Assembly (NCBI GenBank): GCA_963843555.1
Contig: CAWJKV010000017.1
Span: forward strand, 16,084 to 80,083
DNA from: an uncultured Methanosarcinales archaeon
GTDB taxonomy: Archaea > Halobacteriota > Methanosarcinia > Methanotrichales > Methanotrichaceae
Length of the DNA stretch: 64,000 bases
Reading direction: 5' to 3'
A model generated the notes under the pieces. It made no database searches and was not told the DNA's origin. It was given only the letters and a program-made list of their open reading frames with translations. The translations under genes were made by a program, and so were the position numbers. Below are positions 45,870 through 55,663 of the stretch, in pieces; the first letter of the stretch is position 1, and each line of letters starts with the position of its first letter.

Positions 45870-46207
45870 AAATAATCTCCTGAAAGCCATCTCCACTTGC
45901 CTGGAAGTCCTGCCAGATTTCGGGATTAGGAGCCAAATGGCGACTCCTTATATATCCTTTTCGATTTTTGAGGTGCTCGGGCAGGCTTGCTCCCGCCTGC
46001 GCTCTGTGGTTGTTCCAAACCACCTGGTTATGACCAGAGCCTAACGATGTCTTGGCCACAGAGTTCACAGAGTATGAACGGAGAGGCGGACTGACAGCTG
46101 GAAACCCAAGAACATGAGGTTAGCTGTCAGAATAGAGAAGAGCCTAATTTTTATTGCAACCACACCACCAGAAAAATTTAGGGACATGCAGCTCGCCGGA
46201 TCTACGT

Positions 46208-46528
46208 TCAGTGTTTGCCCGACATACGCGGCAAACTTCTCAATATAGAATAAAAAATCTCATGCAGCCAGGAGCTCATCCCTCGATAGGAGCTATCCGC
46301 CTTATCTTGAGGTGGGCAGGCATATTTACAATAGCTATTATAATTTCGAAATTTTCCATCTTCGCCATGGATGATGCATTCAGCGCCTTCATTTTTGCAG
46401 ATCTTCCGCGCGCGCAAAATTGCTTCGGCTTTTGTCCCGGCATGACTTGATGCTCGCTCTGCATGAGGCTTCTTGATATCCCAGCCACTTTCTGGATTCT
46501 TTACAACGTGTCTTTCATTTCGTGCCAT
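46208..46528 (-). CDS. DUF2188 family protein
   Basis: RHVVKN..GWDIKK..ERASSH..TKAEAI..AR..IIHGEDGK motif. Confidence 0.8.
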   Translation of the reverse strand: MARNERHVVKNPESGWDIKKPHAERASSHAGTKAEAILRARKICKNEGAECIIHGEDGKFRNYNSYCKYACPPQDKADSSYRGMSSWLHEIFYSILRSLPRMSGKH

Positions 46529-46629
46529 ATAGTCCTTTATGGGTCATATAAATATATAAATAATGTGGTTCGCGCAAAAAGGGAAAAAAGTTTTTCCATA
46601 AGACGATTCTATGGCGATACCTCTAAGAA

Positions 46630-46936
46630 AATGCTCAAACGCCTGGGCTATAGAGCTGACTTGGCAACTAACGGCATAGAGGCTCTGCAGGCCCTGGAAC
46701 GCCAGCCATACGATATCGTCCTTATGGATGTAAAGATGCCGGAAATGGACGGCCTTGAAGCTTCTCGAATCATCCGTAAGCTCTGGCCGGAGGGTCCGAA
46801 GATAATAGCCATCACTGCCTATGCCCTGGAAGGCGATCGGGAGAGATGCTTTGAGGCCGGAATGGACGGTTACATCAGCAAGCCTGTAAATATCCTTGAA
46901 TTGGCGGAGGTTCTGAATAATATCAATCGGGAATAG
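46630..46936 (+). pseudogene. N-terminally truncated response-regulator receiver domain
   Basis: [41 protein letters not shown]; lacks the ILxAEDN first strand present in the paralogues near 6560 and 25000. Confidence 0.7.
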
Positions 46937-47211
46937 TTTTTAGCATTTAATTTTTAAAAAAAGTTTTCATTTTGGTCAATGTTATGCGTGTCACCGCCGT
47001 TGAGCCCTGCTAGAAACCGTAAGACAGCGGTGGGAAGGAAACAGGCGGATCGTCTTGGATGTACCGGGTGGTTACAGGAGCGATACATACATAGATAGTT
47101 GTGTCGCCTATAGTCTCACCTCATAAATATATTGGGAGTTTTTACTATTTCAACTTATTCCCAGGGTATGTGTTGGGGCTCACAAATCTCTCGCGCGAGG
47201 ACCTAATCCTT

Positions 47212-47693
47212 TTATCTTCTCAGAATACCAGGAACTGAACTCCCATCACAGTGGCTGTAACGATGACTCCGGCGACCAGGACACCAGCCACGATGGCCGC
47301 GAAGGCCGGCCAGAAACGGAAGCCGAGCAGGAAAGCAACCAGCGCAGCCTGTCCAGGCTCCCGTCATGGGCAGCGGGATGGCAACGAATATGGCCAGAGC
47401 CGTCAGACCGAAGTTTTCGTGATCCCGGATGCACTTATTGCGCGTGCGGGCGAAGAGCCAGGTGAAGAACTTATCTGCACAGGCAAAACGCCTCAGATAA
47501 TCTGAGACCGGGCCCAGAAATAAAAGCAGGGGAATTATGACCAGCACATTGCCTAAGACGGATAAGAGGTAAGCCTGCAATGGCGAGTATCCGTAGACTC
47601 CGATGGCCAGCGGTATGGCACCCCGGACCTCAGATATGGGAAGGGCTGCCACAACCAGAGGTAATCAGCCATTCAGGAACTATAAAGACCACC
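47212..47693 (-). CDS. Small multidrug export protein family (COG2426-like; frameshifted)
   Basis: LPISEVRGAIP, FVAIPLPMTGAWTG. Confidence 0.85.
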
Positions 47694-47716
47694 AGGAATT
47701 GGATTTGACGATGCTA

Positions 47717-48157
47717 TCACTCACCTATTGTTCCCTTGATCTCCACCTTGAAGACCGCCTCTTGGGTCGGAGAAGACACAGAGATGGTCAGATCCACGGG
47801 GATCTTTCCGATAGCAATAGATAGCGGAGCATCGGAGCTCGCGACCTCCACCTTTACCCCCTGGGACAATCTGGTGAGAGCGCTGACGACTGCACCAATA
47901 TCGATCGTCTGTGAAACAGCTCTCAAATCTGGAATTATGGTGATCGGTGCAACCTCGATGGGGTCGATGGCAATTGGGTTCTGGGAGTCGCCGGATACCC
48001 TGGCGGATATGGGATTTTGAGCTTCCCCCGAGACCTGCACGCTCAAGGCGCCATCCTTCCCCGTTCCCTTTACCTTGGCAACGATCGGGTACTTCTCCTG
48101 GTCCTCTGATCCCTGTACCTTTGCCCTGGCATCTGCATCGACTTTGAAGGTCACCAT
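47717..48157 (-). CDS. Hypothetical protein
   Basis: 146-aa ORF from ATG 48157 with short internal repeat VSGEAQNPI/VSGDSQNPI. Confidence 0.6.
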   Translation of the reverse strand: MVTFKVDADARAKVQGSEDQEKYPIVAKVKGTGKDGALSVQVSGEAQNPISARVSGDSQNPIAIDPIEVAPITIIPDLRAVSQTIDIGAVVSALTRLSQGVKVEVASSDAPLSIAIGKIPVDLTISVSSPTQEAVFKVEIKGTIGE

Positions 48158-48300
48158 TATATCACGCAAATGGCTTTGCTTATTCTCAGATATAAAGATG
48201 GCATAGGAAAAAGGCTTGATTTGAGATTGGCTCAGCAGGAAGGTTCCGAGAGTATGGAAGCGAAAGCCTGATATCTTCATGCAACACTCATCCGGTTTTG

Positions 48301-49287
48301 ATGCTTGAAGTAGGATATCTACATATCGATAATCCAATTGCCATCATTTCTTCTCATGACCGGTCGGATTTTAGTAAATCCGCCGGCTTACTCTTACTGG
48401 ACGGCTTCGATCTGGATGAGGCTCCCCTTACTGAGATGCAATCCTGCCTGGATGCACTGAAAAAAAACCGGTTTGGATCCAATGGATCAGGAGCATTTGG
48501 GCTTTCCGTCACCTGTTCGAAAGATGAGCCGCTCTTGGAGGCAGCCAGGATCGCAAGCAGAAATCTCTGCTTGCTGGAACTGAGGATGTCTAAGATCCGC
48601 GATCCGATCCGGCTCTTAGAATTGATTCCCGAGCTTAAGCGCTGCGGAGTCACACTCTCCCTGAGGATCAGGCCGGAGGACCTATCCGATGCTCTTTTGC
48701 AGAAGCTCAATGAGACCGAGTTGGATATAATTCACCTCGACCTGAGGGGCTTGAATGGAGCCAGCCCTAAAATGGTGAAGAAAGCGGCAGATATCCGCGG
48801 TCCTGTCATCATGGCGCTGGCGGACGTGGGCGAGTTTGAAGACGCCAAAAATCTGCTGGCCATGGGGGCGGATGTTGTCGCTCTTCGTGGAGCTGACCCT
48901 GAGTTTGCCGAGTGGCTCTCAGGGGCATTGCTGGAATACGACTCTTTGAGCGGCTGGTGCAATGCGCCCAAGCACATCTGCGCGGGCGGAGACCTGCGCG
49001 GCCTGGCCTACTGCTGCCCGCCGGTCAAACACTGTGCTGTGTTCGGCGCTCTGAAGAGGGCAAACATGTCTCCGGAGGAGTTCGTGGAAAAGAAGATCTC
49101 CTTTGCCAAAGGAACGCCACTGGAGAAAGGGGATGGCACCTGCTTTGGAAGTCTTGTGTGGTGCTGCAAGATCAGCAAACTCTGCTACCTCCGGGACGCG
49201 GCACTTTCCAGGATCGGGCTCTCTGGAAAGGAGTACATGGAACTGAAAAAGAAGCTGGCAGAAGACCTGCTTCGCAAATCCTCCTGA
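48301..49287 (+). CDS. Methanogenesis marker 9 domain protein
   Basis: C-terminal WCNAPKHICAGGDLRGLAYCCPPVKHC..TCFGSLVWCCK..C.LRD. Confidence 0.9.
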   Translation: MLEVGYLHIDNPIAIISSHDRSDFSKSAGLLLLDGFDLDEAPLTEMQSCLDALKKNRFGSNGSGAFGLSVTCSKDEPLLEAARIASRNLCLLELRMSKIRDPIRLLELIPELKRCGVTLSLRIRPEDLSDALLQKLNETELDIIHLDLRGLNGASPKMVKKAADIRGPVIMALADVGEFEDAKNLLAMGADVVALRGADPEFAEWLSGALLEYDSLSGWCNAPKHICAGGDLRGLAYCCPPVKHCAVFGALKRANMSPEEFVEKKISFAKGTPLEKGDGTCFGSLVWCCKISKLCYLRDAALSRIGLSGKEYMELKKKLAEDLLRKSS

Positions 49288-49298
49288 TTGGGATTATT

Positions 49299-50147
49299 AT
49301 GAATTCGCCCGACCGCACGGCCCAGTGTGCCGTGCTGGCCATGCTCTTTGAGCTCTCTTCCAGTCCCAAGCCAGGCAACGTCGACCGCTGCCACGATTTT
49401 TCCGATGTCGGCTTTCATCATTTCTTGACAAGCGCCGTCTCCTCCTATCCCGTCTTCAGAAAGGCGGCTTGTGGGCAGGGTCGTCCGGGCTCGTTAATTT
49501 TAGAGGGCGTGCAGGCCTGGAAAGATTGGAACTTGAGCAGCAACACTCACTTCGGCTCACTGGTCCTCATGATTCCAATCGCCCTGGCCGCGAGCAGGTC
49601 CGGCGGCGATCTGGAATTAGAGCTCGCAGGGGTCCTGGAGAGGACCACTGTTCAGGATGCCATTGACTTTTACAGAGCATTCGAGTTGGCCGGGGCCAGA
49701 GTGACAGAGGTTGAAGAGTTCAGCCTGCTGGACACGGGCTCTGAAAATGCCCTGCGCCAGAGGGAAAAGACGCTACAGGAGCTCATGAAGCTCTCCATGG
49801 GCCACGATATTGTGGCTCGCGAATGGGCGACAAATTATAAGCGATCTTTTCTGCTCGCGAATAGGCTGGCAGAGCAGACCGGTAAGTTCGGCCTGAACGA
49901 TGGGATAGTCAGAACTTTCCTGGAGGCTCTGGCGGAGGTGCCGGACAGCCTGATCTCTGCTAAGTTCGGACCCGACAAGGCCTCCTTGGTCTCTCGCCAG
50001 GCAGCCGAAGCGTTAGCCGATCCCACTCTGGAGAAGGCTCGTCAGATGGATGTCGACCTCCTGGGCCAGGATATCAACCCCGGCTCTACAGCAGACCTGA
50101 TTGCGGCATCTTTATTTATCTCCCTTCTGAGGGACTTGAGGTTTTGA
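49299..50147 (+). CDS. CitG/MdcB-like triphosphoribosyl-dephospho-CoA synthase family protein
   Basis: ELSSSPKPGNVDR, NTHFG, INPGSTADLIAA. Confidence 0.9.
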   Translation: MNSPDRTAQCAVLAMLFELSSSPKPGNVDRCHDFSDVGFHHFLTSAVSSYPVFRKAACGQGRPGSLILEGVQAWKDWNLSSNTHFGSLVLMIPIALAASRSGGDLELELAGVLERTTVQDAIDFYRAFELAGARVTEVEEFSLLDTGSENALRQREKTLQELMKLSMGHDIVAREWATNYKRSFLLANRLAEQTGKFGLNDGIVRTFLEALAEVPDSLISAKFGPDKASLVSRQAAEALADPTLEKARQMDVDLLGQDINPGSTADLIAASLFISLLRDLRF

Positions 50148-50743
50148 TCATGCTTTATGGCAATGAAGCTCTGGACGAGCTTGGCATACTGGACGGCATA
50201 AATGAGGTGATCGCGACTACGGAGTCTCGCGATCGGATCAATGCGGCGCCTCTGGGCATCATCAGAGACGGTGACAACCTGTACATCCGTCTCTTCTTAG
50301 GAACTCATACTTATGAAAATGTCCTGACCAAAGGGTGGTTCGTGGCCAACATAACCCATGATGCCTGGCTCTTCGCAGAGACGGCCCTGGAGGATCTCCC
50401 CCCGGAATACTTCATGATGCGCGAAGATCTGCCTGTGCTGAGAGATGCAGAGGCCTGGGTGCTGTTCAAATGCGAGACCTTTGCCTCAGATATCATCATC
50501 GCCAAAGTGGAGCCGGTAAAGGGAGAAGTCTTGAGAAAGGACTTTCGCGCCTGCAATAGGGGAGCGAACCTGGTGATCGAAGCGGCCGTGGCGGCAACAA
50601 GATATATGGCTCTTCGCACGGATTCCTATTTTGAGGAACTGATGAAGACGCAGAGGATCATCAACCGCTGTGGAGGTCCGAGGGAGAGGGAGGCCATGGA
50701 CCGGCTTATGGAAAGGGTGGACAGCTTTTCGCATGTGAGATAG
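50144..50743 (+). CDS. DUF447 family protein
   Basis: EVIATT..NAAPLGI, T.TYEN, NRGANLVIEAAV.ATR. Confidence 0.85.
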   Translation: MIMLYGNEALDELGILDGINEVIATTESRDRINAAPLGIIRDGDNLYIRLFLGTHTYENVLTKGWFVANITHDAWLFAETALEDLPPEYFMMREDLPVLRDAEAWVLFKCETFASDIIIAKVEPVKGEVLRKDFRACNRGANLVIEAAVAATRYMALRTDSYFEELMKTQRIINRCGGPREREAMDRLMERVDSFSHVR

Positions 50744-50750
50744 ATTGAAC

Positions 50751-51416
50751 ATGCTTGAACGATTGCCTTCGGGCTGCCAGAGCCTGGATCTCCTCCTGGG
50801 CGGAGGGTTTGAATCAGGTGTAATAACCCAGGTTTACGGGGAGTCAGGCACAGGAAAGAGCAACATCGTCTTGCAGCTGGCGGTGCAGGCTGTGGCCCGC
50901 GGCTTTCGCGTCATCTTCATAGACACGGAGGGCTTCAGCGCGGAGAGGTTCAAGCAGATTGCAGGCGCCGGCGCGGAAGAGATGGCAGCAAAGATCATGA
51001 TCTTCGAGCCCATGAGCCTGGAGCAGCAGGCGATAGCTATCAGAGAGGCTTCCAAGATCGCTGGAAGAGATCTCGGGCTGATAGTCCTTGATTCAGCTAC
51101 ATCCCTTTACCGCGTGCTCCTGGAGGCGGATGATAACCGATCTATGCGCCGGGCTCTGACCGTCCAGCTATCCGAGTTGCAGGAGATCGCCCGAAGGCAC
51201 AGAATTCCCGTGGTGATCACCAACCAGGTCTACACGGATATCGAGAACAACGGGCTGAGGCCCTTAGGCGGCACATCACTGGAGCATATGTGCAAAGCGA
51301 TTGTCTTTTTGGAGAAGAAAGGCGAAGGTTTGCGCAGTGCCCGGCTGATGAAGCACCGCTCTCTGCCGGAGGGTGGATTGGCAGAGTTCCGATTGGTAGC
51401 TCGCGGGCTAGAGTAG
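50751..51416 (+). CDS. radB: DNA repair and recombination protein RadB
   Basis: LDLLLGGGFE..TQVYGESGTGKS, IDTEGFS.ER, TNQVY, C-terminal KHRS motif. Confidence 0.95.
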   Translation: MLERLPSGCQSLDLLLGGGFESGVITQVYGESGTGKSNIVLQLAVQAVARGFRVIFIDTEGFSAERFKQIAGAGAEEMAAKIMIFEPMSLEQQAIAIREASKIAGRDLGLIVLDSATSLYRVLLEADDNRSMRRALTVQLSELQEIARRHRIPVVITNQVYTDIENNGLRPLGGTSLEHMCKAIVFLEKKGEGLRSARLMKHRSLPEGGLAEFRLVARGLE

Positions 51417-51917
51417 TTAGAGCCGAAGCCTCATGATGATAGCCGCCTCGCCATCGGAGTAGTATGCCGGGACAATGCCGATCATCTGGAATCCCAGAGT
51501 GTAATAGAGCGCCTGGGCCTTTTTATTGCTTACTCTGACCTCGAGTGTGGCACTCAGTGCGCCCATTTGCCTGAAGATCTTGAATGTATCCAGCATAAGC
51601 CTCGTGCCAATGCCGCGGCACTGGTAGCCCGGTTTTACTGCCAGCCAGAAGACCCTGCCCTCAAAGGGTGCATGTTTAAACCCGAGGATAAAGCCGGCCA
51701 CAATTCCGCCCACTTCGGCGACGAGAGTGCTGCCGGGATGGTATTCATAAAAAGCCGTGAATATGTTCGGATCGTACCCTCCGAAGACCTCCTGGTCGAT
51801 CTCCAGGGCTGCTATCAGGTCGTCAGGTCCTAATCTCCTGATTATCACGGCATCTTTGAGGATCGCCTCACCAATCCCATCCTTGAGCCGCCTATGAATC
51901 TGCTCCTCGGGCCACAT
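51417..51917 (-). CDS. rimI: RimI-like GNAT N-acetyltransferase
   Basis: LAVKPGYQCRGIG, LEVRVSN..AQALY..LGF, YYSDGEAAIIM. Confidence 0.88.
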   Translation of the reverse strand: MWPEEQIHRRLKDGIGEAILKDAVIIRRLGPDDLIAALEIDQEVFGGYDPNIFTAFYEYHPGSTLVAEVGGIVAGFILGFKHAPFEGRVFWLAVKPGYQCRGIGTRLMLDTFKIFRQMGALSATLEVRVSNKKAQALYYTLGFQMIGIVPAYYSDGEAAIIMRLRL

Positions 51918-51965
51918 TCTATCTTTGCCAGGGATTTTTCAACGGAAATAGTTTATCCGACGTAA

Positions 51966-52200
51966 GGGAGTCCGTAGGTGCCAGATGGCGAGGATGCCCG
52001 ATGGATCATGATCAATACTGAAGGGACATCGTCCGGCTTCTAGGCTAAGGCAAGCTAACTCTCTTGCGCCTGTCCTGCTTGCCAAGCCAGCAGCCACGCG
52101 CCCAGGTCCCGCGTGGCGGCGGGGCCACCCTTGGGAAGCCGCAAAGATGTCCTCCAGGGGGAAAGCCCATTAGAAGGCTTTCGGTTGATCAGGTGACCGT
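51966..52200 (+). ncRNA. Candidate structured non-coding RNA of unknown family (strand tentative)
   Basis: Nested complementary segments (see findings); GC-rich island before an AT-rich flank; TATA-like aaatagtttatc just upstream. Confidence 0.55.
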
Positions 52201-52439
52201 GAATATGAATACTTACATTCCACTGAAAACAAGAATTTGTGGCTCAATCTTTGAAACTATACAATTTTGTCCACCAAGTATAGGTTTTGATTTGAGCTTT
52301 CAGTCAATCAGAAGCATGACCTGGCCGCACCACCATACGCCGCCGTGATATTTTGGTCTATGTTCGCATAGTTCGGAGCTTTCTTTACCTCCTGAACGAC
52401 TCTAAGGGTTTATATGTATATAGTTTAAAAGAGATTCTC

Positions 52440-52703
52440 ATGGAATTTTCTGATAGTGGGAAGGTGTCACTGGTAACAGGTTTATGCCTGTTGGCTCTGG
52501 TTGTAATTCTTAAGAACGTTCTCTTGGTCCCAGCAGACATTTTGTCAAATGATGTAATCATATATATCATTATTTACGGGGCTTTTGCGGTATTTTCTTC
52601 TGAAAAAAGCAATGCGTGTGGATCGAAATTGAATAAACCACTCTATATGAGTCTGCTCATAATCCTAATTACTCTGGCCATTATCGCCGTCTATGCATTC
52701 TGA
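52440..52703 (+). CDS. Small 3-TM membrane protein
   Basis: Three hydrophobic segments in 87 aa. Confidence 0.65.
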   Translation: MEFSDSGKVSLVTGLCLLALVVILKNVLLVPADILSNDVIIYIIIYGAFAVFSSEKSNACGSKLNKPLYMSLLIILITLAIIAVYAF

Positions 52704-52768
52704 TATGGAGTGAATGAGTCACTGAAAAACGCTATTCTGTGACTAATATTTAATACTAAAACGACAAG

Positions 52769-52957
52769 ATGAAGGAGATAATGGCGTGCTCAGATCCTCT
52801 TGAGGAGGCAACCGACGGGATGCCCAAAACAGAAGTAGCAAGGGAAGAATCTGATTTCATTGAAGGTATCGCGGATGGCCTAAAAGATTTTGCCGAGGGT
52901 CGCTTCACTGTCTTCATGGACGATGATGAGCTGGAAGCCCATCTGATGAGCCTATAG
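52769..52957 (+). CDS. Small acidic antitoxin-like protein
   Basis: EGIADGLKDFAEGRFTVF.DDDELEAHL resembles antitoxin C-termini; lies directly before a RelE-like remnant. Confidence 0.5.
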   Translation: MKEIMACSDPLEEATDGMPKTEVAREESDFIEGIADGLKDFAEGRFTVFMDDDELEAHLMSL

Positions 52958-52964
52958 ATCTTCG

Positions 52965-53144
52965 TAAAATAGTTGCAATATGGCATTTTAAGTCCATCAC
53001 CACGGGCTATTTTGATAGAAAATTTTCTAAATTAACTGGTAAGAATAGAACTTTTAAAATAGATGCAATATGGCATTTAAATCCATCACCACGGGCTATT
53101 TGATAGAAAATTTTTTAAATTAACTGGTAAGAATAGACTCTTAA
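52965..53144 (+). repeat. Tandem duplication, period ~90 bp
   Basis: taaaatag(t/a)tgcaatatggcattt..tccatcaccacgggctattt..gatagaaaatttt..taaattaactggtaagaataga starting at 52965 and 53055. Confidence 0.95.
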
Positions 53145-53215
53145 GGAGCAAGTTATAAATAAAATGAAAGGGATTCGCCAAACCCCAGAGATAGGCGAGC
53201 CCAAGAGCCATCATG
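52980..53215 (+). pseudogene. RelE/ParE-like toxin remnant
   Basis: Consensus of the two repeat units plus downstream reads MAFKSITTGYFDRKFSKLTGKNRTLKEQVINKMKGIRQTPEIGEPKSH. Confidence 0.55.
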
Positions 53216-53582
53216 AAGCACATCTCCGCCTTGCCCTCGGCAGGGACGATACAGTATCAAGTGATGCTGCAGGGGACTCCCGGCCAGGAGGCCGCCTTAT
53301 GCCCTCCAAACTCGTACTCCCGTCAAAGTGTTCCCATCATTCCTCAGCAGATGAGGCTTCGTATGCCCGGGTTTGCCGCGTTTCAAATAGACCCGGAAGC
53401 AGGGCGAAGCTTGACAACAGATCCAGTTGAAGGAGCCACCTTCGAGCGCATTTTGACGAATTTGATCTCAGATCCGGTCTCAATATTTTTATTGTTCTCG
53501 ATTTGCTTGATCTTTTGTTGCTGCATCTCAATAGTCTTTTAGGACTCTCGATCAGGCCATTTTCTCTTGCGTCCAATTTCGA

Positions 53583-54558
53583 CTATTTCCGTTTTTTGAG
53601 GAGTTCCTCGAGGCGGTCCATGCTTTCGGTTGCTCCTTCCTTCATCCCTGAGTTGAACATGCCGTCACGGTCTTCAACGCGTCTGGAAGAGATCAGTGAC
53701 CGTCAGTTTCGTCTTGCCTTCGAACTCTTCGAACATCGACGTTTCAAGTATTACATGGCCCGGCATACCTTCAAATTCAAATGTGTGCACTTCCCGCTCC
53801 GGCGGCACGATTTCCCGATAAACGCCATTAAAAGCGTACTTGTTGCCATCCTGGTCGCGCTGGATGAATCGCCAGACTCCGCCCGGTCTCACGTCCATTT
53901 TTTCAACAGTAGTCGTATATCTTTTCGGTCCCCACCACAGTGGTATAAGATCAGGATCCGTGCTCGCCTTGAACACCAGCTCGCGCGGCGCGTCAAAGAT
54001 GCGAGTTATGACGACCTCCCGATCTGACGGAAGCTCAAACGTTGGGACATTTTTCCCGGATATAATCGATTTCTCCGTTTCCAGGTATTTGGCAAGCTTG
54101 TCGAAGGATTCGTTCCAGCCCTGCTCTGCACCCTCACCATCCGGGCCCGGCGGCATGCCAGTATGTCGCAAGGTAAGCTTTGTCTTGCCGTCATGTTCTT
54201 CGAAGATCACCGTTATCAGCAATTCAAGCGGAAAATCTTTGCTCATTCCGTAGTACGAAGCCGGGACAGTGTTGCCTTTCTCATCTGCGAAAGAATCGGT
54301 CATGACAAGTCGATCGAAGGCGCAACAATTTCACGGTAGACGCCTTTGCTCCAAAAGTCCTTGCCATCGGGTGATCGCATGCAGCTGTGATACTCGCCAC
54401 CCACTCGCAGATCGATCTTGGAAACTGGTGATGTAAAACCTTTGGGCCCCCACCAGCTGCATAATGCGCTCGGGCTCTGTCCACGCCTTCCACACAAGTT
54501 CTCGAGGTGCATCAAAAAGGCGTGTGATAATTAGATCTTTCGTATCTCCCTTGGTCAT
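53583..54558 (-). CDS. Tandem SRPBCC/AHSA1 domain protein (frameshifted)
   Basis: Two copies of ITR.FDAPRELV.KA.T.P..WWGPK..D.R.GG..GVYREIV.P; GWNESFDKL. Confidence 0.9.
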
Positions 54559-54825
54559 TTGTTATTCATCCTTTTCATCATAATATGGTTTTAAAATTAT
54601 TTAATTTTATGACACAAACCTTGAATTCATAGCACAAAGTGTAAACAATCATACAGATATTATCATAATTATTGTTATACAGATAAACTTCCAAAATGGC
54701 AGTTTTACTTATTGAAAATGCCGGCGACCTAAAATTATGCTGTCTCGCCACAGCCAGCATCAGATTTCTGAGCGGCATGACCAGCATCCTGGCATCCTTG
54801 CCCGGCCTTTCTCTCACCAGGAATA

Positions 54826-55226
54826 GGGCCAACTTCAACGATCTGCCTACAAATAAGCCGCTTTCGCCCGTAGCCAATAACCAGCGCAATGGGGTTCATG
54901 CAGACCCAGATCTTCAACGGCTCCATCAACTTCGGGCCGAGCAGCCAGGGCGGACCCAAAGCGGCTATCGCGAGGCAGGGAGTACCTTACAAACCTTTAT
55001 TCAGGGGAATGTAACCCGTGAGAAGATCTACAAAACGGATGACTTCACCCAGGCTAAAGAGAGGTACCTCTCCATGAATGAGACGGAAAAGGAACATCTG
55101 GCAGGTAACTTCATAGCCGATCTTATCCACGTTACCAAGCCAGAGATACAGAAGCGGGCCATCGAGAACCTGGCCCAGGTAGATGAGGGACTGGCAGCGA
55201 ATGTTGCCAAGGGCCTCGGCCTTTAG
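54826..55226 (+). pseudogene. Monofunctional catalase, C-terminal fragment
   Basis: [59 protein letters not shown]. Confidence 0.8.
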
Positions 55227-55413
55227 AGCCAGAAGTTGCTATCAGGGCGAACTCGAGCCATATCAAAGCAATCAGCACTCGAGTTCGTCTAATTTTAATT
55301 TTTGAGCTCCTCGCTAAATTGAGGGTTCGTATGTTAGTTAAAGGAGTCTCTCATTTTTCTTTGTAGGTCCTTTGGGCACTTCGTGGTCTTTGTGGTAGAG
55401 TTATTACTCATAT

Positions 55414-55507
55414 AGATATCAAATAGGATTCGACAACTGTTAATAGGTATTTATCCTGGAGGAGTCAGTAGAGTCAGGATACAGGGCCGCCGCGAATTTG
55501 CAGCAGA
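55414..55507 (+). repeat. ~94-bp repeat, inverted relative to 62828..62921
   Basis: agatatcaaataggatt..taataggtatttatcctggaggagtcagtagagtcaggatacagggccgccgcgaatttgcagcaga. Confidence 0.85.
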
Positions 55508-55663
55508 TAATGCAGGCTACCAGCATTCGAGACTACACACGTTCGAAACCCAAGTACAAAATTTATATAGATGAGAAGGTCATAATATACATGTAGAGAA
55601 ATCTCTAGGGTCATATTACCTAATGCCCTGGAATGGATTATAAAATATGACGAAGGTATATTT

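Noticed and set aside
51988..52001. gcgaggatgcccga as the 5' end of a tRNA
   Set aside because: No anticodon arm, TTCGA loop or complementary acceptor 3' strand found downstream
52017..52190. Hammerhead ribozyme core (CUGA..GAAA)
   Set aside because: Reads CUGAAGG rather than CUGANGA, and that segment pairs better with gatgtcctccag; spacing to GAAA does not fit
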